In this document: positions 1 to 12,572 of the stretch, piece by piece | How the letters are laid out: each line of letters starts with the position of its first letter | How positions within the stretch are numbered: position 1 is the stretch's first letter | NCBI GenBank assembly: GCA_964304625.1 | Contig: OZ199838.1 | Coordinates: 9,141,245 to 9,205,244, forward strand | DNA length: 64,000 nt | Origin: Kudoa neothunni | Taxonomy: Eukaryota; Animalia; Cnidaria | Reading direction: 5' to 3' | Notes under the pieces: generated by a model | Databases searched by the model: none | What the model saw: only the letters and a program-made list of their open reading frames with translations | Told to the model about the DNA's origin: nothing | Translations under genes and position numbers: made by a program

Positions 1-1734
1 TTCTCACCTTACGAACTTACCACCTTCATGTATACACGGGTAATATCCATTTTTTTTATTTTTGGTCACTCTTTCAAATTATAACGATTATGGCTATCTA
101 TGTTAATTTCAAATACTTTTTTATAATAATTACTTTTTTAAGTTGGCCGATCAATTTAATTTTAACATACCACTGACCTCACAAATCTAATATTGATTAT
201 GTTGATTTCATACTAAAAATTTGATTTTGAACAGATATTTTTATTGACCGCTAGTTTCATTGCCATTTCGTTTCCATTGGTCATTGCATTATTTACTTTT
301 TCCGGTATGTTTTTTGTGTGGTTTATGTCCACTCAATGTATAATAGTCGTTTGTGGGAAATTGCTTCTTTATGTATTTTTTTTCGATGCGTCCTCATGTT
401 ACATATGCTTTTCTGCTGGTATTGTATTTTTCCATTGTGCCAATTTTTTGTACAACCACCTTGGTCACATTTTCACAATAATCAATGCTCAACAATCTCG
501 TCCAATTGCATTATCTGGTCAGATTAAAAGAAAAGTACTTACACCACTTTTTACGGACAATCGACTATATGGTTTTTTCGCAGTTAAAGAATTGGTTTTT
601 TGTCTATGTCATCAATTTGATAATATTCCCATTCGTTGTTGGAGAACTGATTCAATATTGGGTTCTAGTTGTTTTGGGATATAATATTCACACAGACATG
701 ATTTCGTCAATAAGTCAAGTAAATAAAATGCTAACGAATATTTTTCACTATTGATTATGAACGATGTTTGTGTATTTGTGTAGAGTCTTGTGATCGGTAC
801 AACCATGACAAACCTCGTTAGGGTGCTGATGTTGATACTTCCAGATGATGTTGCCAATCTTGCTCCAATTCCCGTATGTGATTGTTGGTAGTTATAATGT
901 GGCATTCTCTTCTCTAGCTACGATTATACATCACCAACAATATCTCCAGCTACGATCTCAGTCGCAAATTCTGCTTGCCTATAATCAGTTCACTCTTACT
1001 CTATTTAGCTACTCCCTTCTGTTTATTAAATTCAATTTTGTATGGTTTCAATCTGGAGGAGTCATTTATCAGAAAATGCCAATTCATTTTCTGTATTGTT
1101 CCACCTGGCTTTCTGACGCTCCTCACCTTTATCAGTCTAATCAAACACAGCTGGGACTATATCTATCAGTTACATCTTTCAGAAAAGTATTTTGAATTTT
1201 CTGTCGCAATTCTCAGTAATTATTCAACACATTATTATATAGCTATCTGGTTGAAAAAATTCTTCTAAACAGAGACACTAACAGTCCTCACGAGTTTAGA
1301 GAAAGATCTGTTTTCGTATCCGCCCATTACTCTTCCGATTCGTCTACTTCCCTCGACAGACAACGCCCAATTCCTGAGCGTTCGTAGCGTTCCTTCCTTC
1401 GCAACTCGGTTATTTCCACATTATAGATTTCAACATCATGTATATGAAATGACATTATCTTGATTAATGTAATGATTAAAACTGTTAAGTTTTGTCTTTT
1501 CAATTTTTATTTTCCCTTTCGTTTTTATTGTTCATTATATGTTTACGTGTGCGATCGAAAAATTTTTAATTTTTTACCTCATACGCACGCAGAAGAAGTG
1601 AATAATCCAATCTATAATTTTCTATGATGGAGGATTTAAGAACGTCTCGTATTCGATTTTGTATTTTTAAACCTTGAGAAAAATGATAGAATAGCTGATT
1701 TTCGTAAAAATTTAAGTTGAGAAATTTTACTTAA

Positions 1735-2964
1735 CCCTTTAGCGATAACGATACTGGGTCGAATCGACCCCAAAGTAGAATTGAATAACGGATAGCTTCT
1801 TCCCCTTAGTTCCAATGTTCTTAAATTCAAACGATTATTTATAAATATATTCTTCTATGTAACTGAGGAAAATTGGATAATTTAGATATTTTTATTTAGC
1901 CAAAATTTGAAGGATACCCTCCAACGATCATTTGAACACTCGGGGTCGATTCAACCCTGTCTTTTTATTTAATCGTTTTGTACATAAATTTCATTAAATT
2001 TGCTATTTTGAGATATTAAAAAAATTTACCTACAGAATTCTAAGGAAAATCCAAATTAATCCTTGAACTAATCTTACGCAACCTAATCGAACATTGCTCG
2101 CGCACAATTTGGGCGGTCGATTGCATTAGATAAAATGTTTTTTTTCTTCAGTGGTAATTCAGTATCAGGATATCTATGAATTCTAAATTTAATTTTTTAT
2201 TCAATAACGATGTGCCTTCTGGTAGTGAATATGAGGATGTTATAGTTGAGGATCTCTCAAGGAACTGATGACGATGGTCTGGGCATACACGATAATTCAT
2301 ATATAAGAAAATATGGTTTAGTTTAGAATCTTGCAAAAAGATATACATCAAGAATAAGCGTAGAAAATATTTTTTTGAACTCTCCACCGTATCTAACAAT
2401 CTATACAACGTTGAATGTAAAATCAATGCTTGATTGTTGTTATTTGTGGATTGTGCAATCGTCATTTTTTCAACGACCATTCAATTAGATGTTGCATTAA
2501 GTGTTTTCAAATCGAAGAAAATTAACCGAAGAGCAATAATATATTACGTAGGTAATGTTATGTTGTGAGTGAACGTTGGAATGTGTTATTTTTGTAAATG
2601 CACAGTCATAAAGCTACCTTTTATGATTGTTTTAATTTCAGTGAAATTTCGCTAAAATTGTAATAACTAGTATCATTAAATTAGTTTATATAGATGAATC
2701 TCATTTCATAATGTAGGCGCCGTTTCCTCAATATGTAATATTAACGATATGTGGCAAAGTTGTCTAAATCCGTACATTAATGGATTATCGAAGATTAATG
2801 GGTTAGTAAATCTTAATTTACTCGAAACTTCCTCGATAGATTTCTTACATATTTTATAAACCGAAACAAAATATTTTTTGGTACAGAAAAATAAAATAAA
2901 AATGTGAGGTCGATTCGAACCCAAATGATCGTTGGAGATAAGTCTATTTTATGATCATTGGGGG
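1735..2964. mobile_element. Non-autonomous piggyBac-like element
   Basis: TTAA|CCC at 1731-1737 and GGGGG|TTAA at 2960-2968. 16-bp inverted repeat CTCCAACGATCATTTG (1919-1934 vs 2922-2937). Palindromic GGGTCGAATCGACCC-like motifs at about 1756, 1942 and 2906. No transposase ORF. Confidence 0.6.
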
Positions 2965-3075
2965 TTAATATCGTTTATTATGCAATAAACAAAATTATGA
3001 TGAATAAATTTTATTAATTGAGTACTAGGTGGACACTGATGGCATCAGCCAATTTTATACTTTAGTTCGTCGCTA

Positions 3076-3430
3076 CCTTGTTTCCTCGAAAATAAGACCC
3101 GGTCTTATATTAATTTTCCACAATAAATAGCTACTAAGTCTAATATTTCTGACATGAAATCAAAAGGATTATACTCTTATTGTGACTAATAAAACAGTAA
3201 TGTATATTGGATTTTGTATATCGAAAAATTGTTATTATCTTCATAGAAAATGTAATTATTCATTGTTGTTGTAATTTTAGTCTGTTAATCAAGGTCTTGT
3301 CGAATAATGGTTACAAATTTACTCTGAAACAATGCCAGATTTTGTTAAAAATTTCCATTAAAAAGATTGTTAAGACATATTAAAGACAGCTTTAATAATC
3401 ACACTAAGTCTTATTTTCTAGGAAACATGG
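3076..3430. mobile_element. pogo/Tigger-type MITE
   Basis: TIRs CCTTGTTTCCTCGAAAATAAGAC / CCATGTTTCCTAGAAAATAAGAC (reverse complement of the right end), flanked by TA on both sides. Confidence 0.85.
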
Positions 3431-3599
3431 TAGCTAGAAGTTAACTATGGAACGTACCGCAATAAAAAATGTTTACAAATAAACTGCAATGTGCAAAAGA
3501 AATATTATACAGATAATATAATTTACAATAAATAAAAATCGGTTTCAATTTTTAGTTTTATCGCAGAGGTTGGCGAAAATCTTTTTGCTTGTATTCACC

Positions 3600-3883
3600 A
3601 AATCACCGTTTAAACTGAATCCAACGTCACCTATCTACGATATAAATTAAAACGCTCAACCAAAAAATAGGCATCTTACAGAAGCTGAATTTGAAAGCTC
3701 GTACAGCTTATGCCACATTTTAGAAGATTTTTGTGACGAAAAGCAATCAAAAGAATTTTCCTGTTCACAAGTAGCAGAAGACTCATAGAGTTCTTCTACC
3801 ACAACATCGCGTATATCATTACGAGGTTGATCAATAACATCAAGAATATTTTCAACTAAAAAACTAACAAAATCGCAACACAA
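3600..3883 (-). pseudogene. Possible hAT C-terminal dimerisation domain remnant
   Basis: KMWHKLYELSNSASVRCLF resembles the hATC W..L..LA....SSASVER.FS motif. Stops follow. Confidence 0.3.
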
Positions 3884-4677
3884 AGAATTTTACCTTCTGA
3901 TTCCATTTTCGGATTGACTTTCAATGGTTTAAAATTTATAGATGACAACTTTGTAGATACATATAGACTTTTTTTGAGATCATTTTCGTCAAGTATTTTC
4001 GTTAAATAATCTTGGTCATTTTTGCGTTCACCAGAATGGTCTTCTTTGGAGGCTAATTATAATTAGGAAAATATTTTCATTCATAAATGTACAAGATTTT
4101 GATTTGTGAGATTTCCTGTCTCTTAATATGAAAAAATTAAATTTAAAAAAATTGACGAATGATTATGTTACAAATTTTGGCGTTTATCACGACCGTCTCT
4201 ATGGTATTGATTAGATGACTTCAAATAAAATAATAACAATTACTTTCTTTTTCTACCTCCATTATTCTCATCTTTATGATTTCTAATGAAATTGAAAAAA
4301 AATTACAGGCATTTTTCCTTACCTGGAACTGTGTCGTGAGGATTCTTCGGATCTTCTTTTTCTACTGTGAGAAGAACGATCCGATGCTAAATGAAATAAA
4401 ACATGTTTACATCAAAAAATATTCAATTATCATACAATATTTTGAATATCGTTCGTTGGTAGAACCTAATTGTGAAAAATTAAGTGATAATCACTGTTCC
4501 AGGTAATTATGTTTTACGGTTTTCATCATCTGAACTTTTTCTTCTTGTCTAGAATATTTATAAACAAATATTAACCACTATTAAATCACATAATGTTTGC
4601 TTGAATGATAATGTGAATCAGAACGCCCCATTGTCAACTAATGCGCGTGCGTAAATCTAAAATGTTAAGATTTTGAA

Positions 4678-7523
4678 GGCATTGACAATTCTTACGGTAA
4701 GGAATATCTTTTAGATTAATCAAAATATTGCAAAACTGATTTCATGAATGTGTTAAGCAATTTTTATTTCCTCATTTATACAAAATTTCTTAAGTTAGTT
4801 TTTTATTAATTATTTCTGATGAGTATGATCCTTTAATCATCCTATATTTATTGAATTCACTTATTCGTAAATAAACTAGCGGTAAAATATGTTTTAATGG
4901 ATGATAATAACGTTTTCCATACTACTAATAAGTTCAGGGGTTTTAGTCATGAACCACGTGCGTCAGCGTTCTAGCCGGCCAAAGTAACCTTGTCTAATAT
5001 TCGAATACGTCACGAAACGCCGTTTTTAATGCTGCAAAGCTGTTGATTTTTTAAGAAATTTCTGAATTTATTTCTTGTTTTTCATTTAAAATTGATATAT
5101 TTTCTGTATAATAAATTTAGAAATCTTTACATTTTCTATTTCTTGAATTTTGAGAATAATTTATCTCTTTTTATCTAACTATGAGATTTTTGTTCAAAAT
5201 TTAGTGTATGAAGTTTTAAGATAATTTTATTCCTTTAACCAAGCTTTTTTGAAATAGAATTCGAACAGGTTTGCTCTCTATCAACCACAGTAATGTACGA
5301 TGAAAAAAATTTATATCCATTGATAATCAACGCATAGGATTGATAAAGAAGTGATGAAAATTAAAAATCGAATTCGTTTTGAAATTTGAATAGGATACTA
5401 AAAAATTCCCATATGCCTTGAATACTAGCGTTATTTTCAATAGAGTATAGCAGAAATTTATGAAATCCCCGCCTAGAAGAAATCACAAATCAAAAAGTTG
5501 ACATAACTAGTCATAGTAAGAAAAGGAAATCTAAATTTAATAGTAATAATTCACTCACAACAATTTTGACGTTAATAAATATTTTTGTGAAATGTGACGC
5601 TAACGAAAGTAACACTGAGAATTTTTCGTATAGTTTCTCTTGAGGTAAGATTGCTGCTCAAATGTTTTAAATTCAAAAATTTATTAATTACTGATTAGAT
5701 TTAAAAATCCATTATTATGTGTAAGCAATATAAATTAGAGTTAACCTCAGCATCTCAAATTCCCTAATACAACCCTCCGAACAATTCTCGAGTGTCAAAT
5801 ATTAGAAATTGTAAAATAATGTCCATTTGGATATTTAATAAAACTGAGATATCTAACCACCACCTTTTAGTCTAAATTTTCCATCAAAATTCAATGTATT
5901 AGGTTAAAGTTTACAGCATCCCCAACAGTCAGTGGTTTTCGTTTCCGAAGTCGCATGACTCCCAAAAAACCACGAATGCTTCCCGCTGTTTATTCAACTA
6001 ATAATTTAGATGAACTAAACTTTGAAGAAATAACATATTTCAAAGACAGGAAGGATGAACTGTTGAAATTTTTAATTGAAATTGGACTTGTGCCTAGAGA
6101 GAGAGAGTATGCATTTGTGGATGTAGAATGGTTATGGCGATTCGACCACGATATCCAGATGGATACAGTTTCAGATGTCATAATCGTGGTTGCCTAAAAG
6201 AACTATCCATTAGATATAATAGTTTCTTTTACCAATCGAAACTCTCATTATATCAAATTTTAAAAATTATATATCTCTGGTGCAATGAGATGCAGAGCCA
6301 ACGTATCCTCATGAAAGAATGCAGATTAGAGTCTACTAGGACGGCATGCCACTGGAAAAATTTCATGCGGGACTTATGTCTGAGTTATTATATCATGAAC
6401 CCCACTAAAATAGGCGGCCCCGGAATAAAAGTGCAAATTGACGTAAGTCAAATTTGCAAAAGAAAGTTTCATGTTGGAAGGATCTTGCAAACTCAGAGTG
6501 TATGGATTGTCGGAGGCGTCAATGAAAATGGAGAGGTATTCATGGTTCAAACTGAAATTAGAGATCAGCCGACATTAGAAGGGATTATTCTTCAATATGT
6601 TAATCAAGGTTCAATAATACACACTGATGGATGGCCAAGCTACGAAAACTTAGAAAATATTGGTTATCAGCATGGCGTAGTGATTCATAAGTATGAATTC
6701 GTGAGTGCCACTGGTATTCATACTAACAGAATTGAAAGTTTGCGGGGAGCTTTTAAACGTAAGTATAGGAGTATAACAAACAAGAAAAAAGAGATGATTT
6801 CATCCTATATTTCTGAGTGGTGTTTTAAGAGAAAGCATAAAAATAAAATATTTTCTGAATTAATAAATTTAATAAAATTAGTTTATAATTTTGAAAATTA
6901 AAATGTATAGTTTTCAGTCTTTATGTTTTGCGCAGCGCTTCGTCGATTATCGGAAACGAAAAATCCCGACTGTTGGGATGTGGTAAACTTTAACCCAAAA
7001 ATATATTTATTATTATAATTCATGTATAAATTAGTTTATAATTAGCCTCGTAAAATATTAAATACGTATTTGTCATTGAATGATCTATGAGATACAATAG
7101 CTATATACACATTTCAATATATTTCACGAAATAAATAAATAATTTTAAATAAATTTAACCAAATTCACAACGTCTACTTTAATTTAATCAATTATCCAGA
7201 ACATCGTACCTACTATGTAAGCGCACACGAAATCGCGCGCAACTCAAATTTAACGAGCACGTAGAGTATGGAATAGAGCGTTTTTCCACAAAATAAAGGC
7301 CCAAATTAAGTGTTATTTTGACAAATTGGTTTATATATAGGAAAATTTAAGGAAATAACTACGATATAACGTTAAATCTCATCAGTGAATTTTGATAAAA
7401 AGATATCTTTATGAAATTTTATTTTCGAGGAAATAAAAAATATCTTTGTACGCTAGTGAAATCAGTTTTATAAAATCTCCGCTATTCTAGGAGATATTCT
7501 TTACCGTAAGAATAGCCACTGCC
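4678..7523. mobile_element. Non-autonomous MULE-like element with long TIRs, hosting a nested Merlin element
   Basis: Ends GGCATTGACAATTCTTACGGTAAGGAATATCT / GGCAGTGGCTATTCTTACGGTAAAGAATATCT (rc). Inverted homology continues roughly 150 bp (AAAACTGATTTCA, TTTTATTTCCTC, CTGATGAG blocks). 9-bp flanks GATTTTGAA / TATTTTGAA. Confidence 0.75.
5902..6995 (+). mobile_element. Merlin (IS1595/ISXO2-like) DNA transposon with frameshifted transposase (5955-6901)
   Basis: About 45-bp TIRs GGTTAAAGTTTAC..CATCCC.AACAGTC...TTTCGTTTCCGA. Zn ribbon C-I-C-G-C...RCHNRGC. DDE motifs VQID, IHTDGW and TNRIESL. Frameshift in (AG)6 at 6096-6107. Confidence 0.9.
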
Positions 7524-8061
7524 TATTTTGAAAGCTAAAATTTATAAGTCACTAGGCATTAATATCTGCTTTCTTTTACATTAAGGAGTTAGATGAAGTG
7601 ATAAAGCTCAATAAAATAGCCATCTGAGCACTTTTATATTACATATAAGGAAAACTAATAAGTCAGTATTCATAGATTAGTACAATAACGAATTCGAACT
7701 ATTTAATTTATTAAATTCTTATTAATAAATGTTGTCCTTTGATTTTTACAGCTTGAAAGTGCTTTTTCTGAGTTTTTCCATAGATAAGGCGTTCTCTAAT
7801 TAAAATTAAATGATTATAGTTTATTTTTTCAGATTGATCGATTATTATCGTCTCAATTTCTATAATTAGGAGATGAATTTATTATTTTTTTGTTTTAAAT
7901 CTTAAATAATCTCGTTTTTCGAAGCTAAAATATAATTTTCTATGAATTTTTCAAGACATTATAACTCATATGACTACAATTTAACAAAATAATAGTGATT
8001 TAAATGCTATATGGGGAGGTTTTTCAAACCTTCATTATTTCCGTTGATTGATTACATATAG

Positions 8062-9110
8062 TAGGGGTGGCCAAAGCGCGGCTCGTGAGTCGCATATGAC
8101 TCTTGAAAACATTTTTTTTAGTTTCATTTTTTTGTAATTCAACCAACTCATTAATTAAGAACAACACAAAGTTTAAACTATTTCATCAAGTGAAGAAATG
8201 AACATTTTAATCGTAAACTAGATAATGTTTATGATTAGAAAACGTAGTTACAAATTACCATATAGTTTTGCTATTTGATGCAAATTAGAATTATTACTAG
8301 TTCCATTAGGAGATACAGTTAGAACCATTGTTTATCCATTACCAAAGTGATAGATATCGAAAGGATAAAACACGCATTAAAGATTTAAAGATGATTTATA
8401 ATTCCAACTCACCATGTGAATTTTGGAAATACGTCCCAGAAACTAAATATTCAGAATTAAAAGAAAATTTACTCAAATTTGTTTCTATCGTTGTAACAAC
8501 TTATTGTTGTGAGTCTATTTATTCAACGATGAAGTTTGTAAAATCGAGACATAGCGGATCCCTCCTTCACAAACAACCACCTGATGGAACTAATTCGTAC
8601 GGCTTTAACAGCATACGAACCAGATTATCATCAGCTCACTGATAATATGGAAACATAGAAAACTTGTAACATCAGAAACAATTTCTAAAAAAAAATCTCG
8701 AAAGCATTAAATTCATGTAGTACTACTTTATTCTTAAATATTTTATTTGATTTTTTGTCAGACTACGATACACGATTAAATGTGAAAAATATTTCAATAT
8801 TTTTGCGACCTTTTTCATATAGAAAAAAATTTCTTGGATCGTTAACTACTAATTTACCTTTTTGGAAAAATCATCATAAATTCTACCTGTAAAAATTATA
8901 TGTAAATTTTCCAGCGATCAACTGAAAAAAAAATTTAAAAAACCTTTATTTATAATCCTACAACATTATGCCGTAATGTTTACAAAAAGTTTTCCTGAAA
9001 TGTAAGTTTTTAATAAGTGAGATACATTAATGATTTTAATGCCTTGTGGCTCTCAAAAATTTGGGCAACCTTAAAGTTGGCTCCCGAATTGGCGGGTCTG
9101 GCTATTCCTG
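8062..9110 (+). mobile_element. Internally deleted hAT (Charlie/SPIN-like) element
   Basis: TAGGGGTGGCCA left end and TGGCTATTCCTG right end. 8-bp TSD ACATATAG / ACATTTAG. ORF 8328-8642 is a hATC domain (EFWK..Y.EL...TTYCCES.YS.MK.VKS). Confidence 0.85.
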
Positions 9111-9115
9111 ACATT

Positions 9116-10103
9116 TAGCGAAGGTGTGAGGGCGGTGGATTGTGAATCGCGAGGTCATTAGTTCAAATCCGGACCCGACCAAATCACCACTTCTATTCTG
9201 TGTCTGTATTCTATAATAAGAGGTGTGGTTAGAGCAGTGTTTCCCAACGTGGGGTCCGAAAAAATTATGGTGGGCATGGAAATTTTTGAACGCTTAATGA
9301 AACACCGGTGAGACGCGGAAAATCCTGAGTATTGGTGTGGCACGGTTAATAATGAAATAATTGGGAGTCTGACCAACTTTGAAGTTAATATCGCGATTTT
9401 CGATATCGCTTATTTATAAATCACAATCAATATCAGAGAAACTACAAAAAGAAATGACTAATTACATGGAAATTAATAATAAAATTTAAAGTGTCCTTCA
9501 TCCGAGTAAATCAAAATGGTTTGATCTCAATCATGTCTCTTTTAGAATCGCATACCCCTGTTTTGATTTAATCTAATATAATATCGACTAATTTTCAATA
9601 TCTACTATTTATTTTCAGTTTATAAGTCAGTTACACACGAAATTCTTTCCTAATGAAGATTGAAATACCTCGAGTTTCACGTGATGCTGTTTTTGACGGA
9701 GTGAAGAACTAAATATGTTAATTTTTAGGGTCCACCGACAAATTAGGTTAGATCTTGTCGAACACATTTTAATTTTATTTAGAAAATAAATATATGTTAA
9801 TTACCTTCAAATTTTGACGTTATAAGGAGATTTATTTAAAGTTATGAACAGTTTAAGTTAAAAAATTGATACTTTTGATAAAGGTGGGACACGAAACTTT
9901 TTTTCAAGAAAAAATGGGGCGCGATAGAAAAAAGGTTGGGAAACACTCGGCCAGAGTTTGTTCTCATTATTACGCGTAATGCACCTGCAATTATAGTTCG
10001 AACCAATGGAGTGGATTGAATTAGTCAATTCATAATCTTGCGCGTTCCGCAGAGTCAAAGCCTCTGAAGAGGCATTGTTTGAGGATGGTGGTCGTCCCTC
10101 AAA
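9116..10103 (+). mobile_element. Putative tRNA-derived SINE, interrupted by a hAT MITE
   Basis: A-box-like TAGCGAAGGTG (9116), His-like loop TTGTGAA (9140-9146) and B-box GTTCAAATCC (9161-9170). The body resumes after 9956 and ends in two hairpins (10060-10073, 10078-10103). Confidence 0.45.
9235..9948. mobile_element. hAT MITE
   Basis: TIRs CAGTGTTTCCCAAC / GTTGGGAAACACTC. 8-bp flanks GGTTAGAG / GGCCAGAG. Confidence 0.8.
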
Positions 10104-10106
10104 TTA

Positions 10107-10555
10107 ACACGTTTCTCCGATTATAACCTATCCTAAAAACAAAACCTAATGGTATTCTTGAGTTAGTTTTTAGTATGTCTTATCCCAAAAATATGACAGT
10201 AAAATACGCATAATCTGGATGTTCTAAATTATATAACATAGTATCTCTAGTAATATAATTTGATTTGGTAGTTAATAATAATAACAATTTTAAAACTAGA
10301 ATATTCATAGATTTAGAGTGTGATCGTCATCTTATTTTCATTTTTATGGAAAAAATAAACATATTCATTTTATATGTTCCACGTCGTATTTCTTTTAATA
10401 AAAATATTTTGTCTTTTTTTAATTGTGTTATGAGTTAAACATAGAATAGGAAATTTTTTCTGTTACAAATATAAGACCTACCTCTAAGATAAGATCTAAT
10501 TCCCCTTATTAAACCAAAAAAATATTGAATCTGCCCTATAATAGGGGAAACACAG
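10107..10555. mobile_element. Degenerate pogo/Tigger-type MITE
   Basis: Right end TATAATAGGGGAAACACAG|TA with internal ATAAGAC motifs like the 3076 MITE. Degenerate left end CGTTTCTCCGATTATA. Confidence 0.45.
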
Positions 10556-11364
10556 TAGTATGTTTAGTGATTTAAACTCTGGCGCCATTGCAGAAAAATA
10601 AGGAGAAGGGTTACGTGTAACTAGTTGGGCTTCCTTCAGGGTTCATGGAACCGACCCCATCAGATAGAACTCCGCAACCTAATAAGCTATTCCAATGACA
10701 TTTTTACATTGAAAAAACAACTTTATTAATAATCCTATCAGAATAATTCCATGGTTCATAGCTTAATATAGATGACGAAATTTTAGCCAAAAAATTGTCG
10801 TTCAGCGATAATTCGTCATGTCACCTTAATCTTAGTGTGCAGTTCACTTCACTTTAATTCTTTATCGTGATTAAATTAATTAATAAGCCATATTATATTT
10901 TTATCTAAAAAATAGGAGTATGATTATGATTTTAATAGCATTACCATAATATTAGGGGTCGTTACTAGAGCGTCACTGATATGAACATCTCAAATATTGT
11001 TTTATTGTGATAACTTAAATTATAATAGTTTTGTAGAGAATTTTTTATTATTAATGTCACAATAAACCAAGAGACAAATTTACTAATTTTGAACTATAAA
11101 GAGCTGACTGTAAAATCATGAATTTTACTTATTCTTCCAAATCATACAATGATATGACGCTACCGCAAAGAACTAAAATCGACAAGTTGAATTTAAACTA
11201 CTTTCTTTAAAAGGAAATTTTAGACTTTGCTTTAAAAATTGTTACTCACGCAGGTAAGTAAAACTACGAAATAATTTACAGCCCCAAAGCGTTTATAAGG
11301 AGCCCATGTAGAATTGGATTTCGTATGATTACGCTATCTCGGGGAAAAGAAAAACAAACACTAA

Positions 11365-12415
11365 ATGTACACCAAGAGGCTGAATAATTTGATATTGAGT
11401 ATAACAGTTGGAATTGCTCATGGCTGTGTCATATACGGAAATTATGTTCTTTATAAAGGTGGCAGTAAAATATTAGCTGCTAATAATGAGGTGCCTTCGC
11501 TGGAGAGCATTTACACTACCACCCTTACCTATATGAGTCCATCCTATAACACTATGGTATGGGTTGCAATGTTGTGTGATATATATTTGGAAATTTGGTT
11601 GGTGTTTATGACTGGTATGAATATATTTATGACCAAACCATTCACACCACACGGACGTAAAGTGTTTGTGAGTATACTGTTGGTGGATATCAGTGAAGTG
11701 CTGTATTTGTTATATCAAGCCAAATCGATGTATATGGTAGCGCTTAGTGCTATAATAACTAAAATTATATTAAATTGCTACCAAACATCGTATTTTGGCC
11801 ATAGGACTGAAGCGCCAAAAATGAACCCCAAGGTAAGTAATCACCCACCCAAATCATCACGATGATAATGTTGATATTGATATGCTCAAATAATTATTTC
11901 TTATCTAAACAATATGAGCATCAAAATATTTCATTTTGATATTTAAAAGTAATTTTTTTCACGAATAGACTCCCAAATGGATTCGCACTGTTCATCGTGT
12001 TCTATTGGTAAATGGATTTGGTTTCGATGCAATGTGGTCATTTATTCTACTAATAATATATTTTTCGTCCGCCTTGAAACTGTCTCAACCAAACAACCCT
12101 TTAGATTCGAAATTTCAGGCTTTGATGCTTCTTATAAATGTGGTAATGTGTGGATACTTTATTTATGATTGCACTAGTGGTGTGCTATGGCTGTCTTGTT
12201 TAGTATCTCCTTATATTGCAATCATTTTTTACACTATTAGTTTGCTTGCCAATAGTAAAAATCATTCTATTCCAACCGATTCAATTCTCTTGTTGGTAGA
12301 ATTAACTGTTGGAGTGATATTTCTTTTCCTCAGCAAACTATATTACTTAATCCAAGATTATCGAAACAAAATGGGATACACCCCTCTCAAGCTGATATCC
12401 AAAGCTAGCTATTGA
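11365..12415 (+). CDS. Orphan multipass membrane protein (about 304 aa; exons 11365-11832 and 11969-12415)
   Basis: GTAAGT donor at 11833 and AG at 11967-11968 join the two ORFs in frame (MNPK|TPKWIRTVHRVLLVNG). About 7-8 hydrophobic segments. C-terminal GYTPL. Confidence 0.7.
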
Positions 12416-12572
12416 TAACTTATAATTTTGATAGAATTATTTATATTATTATTTTCATCATACATTGAATATTTGTTTCAATTTAGATTCATTATTTGTA
12501 ATTAATACCTCACAGTGGTGGATTAGACTTTACTTTATTATATTGCCACTCAAATATAGAAGAATAACCTTA

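Noticed and set aside
244-1268. Overlapping ORFs at the window start
   Set aside because: No recognisable motifs. Possibly decayed retroelement sequence on the minus strand, but not supportable.
9116-9185. Functional tRNA-His gene (and tRNA-Lys at 56525-56595)
   Set aside because: Acceptor and anticodon stems do not pair. Both are tRNA-derived repeats at best.
10055-10105. Hammerhead ribozyme at CTGAAGAG
   Set aside because: No GAAA core or three-stem junction. It is a simple hairpin.
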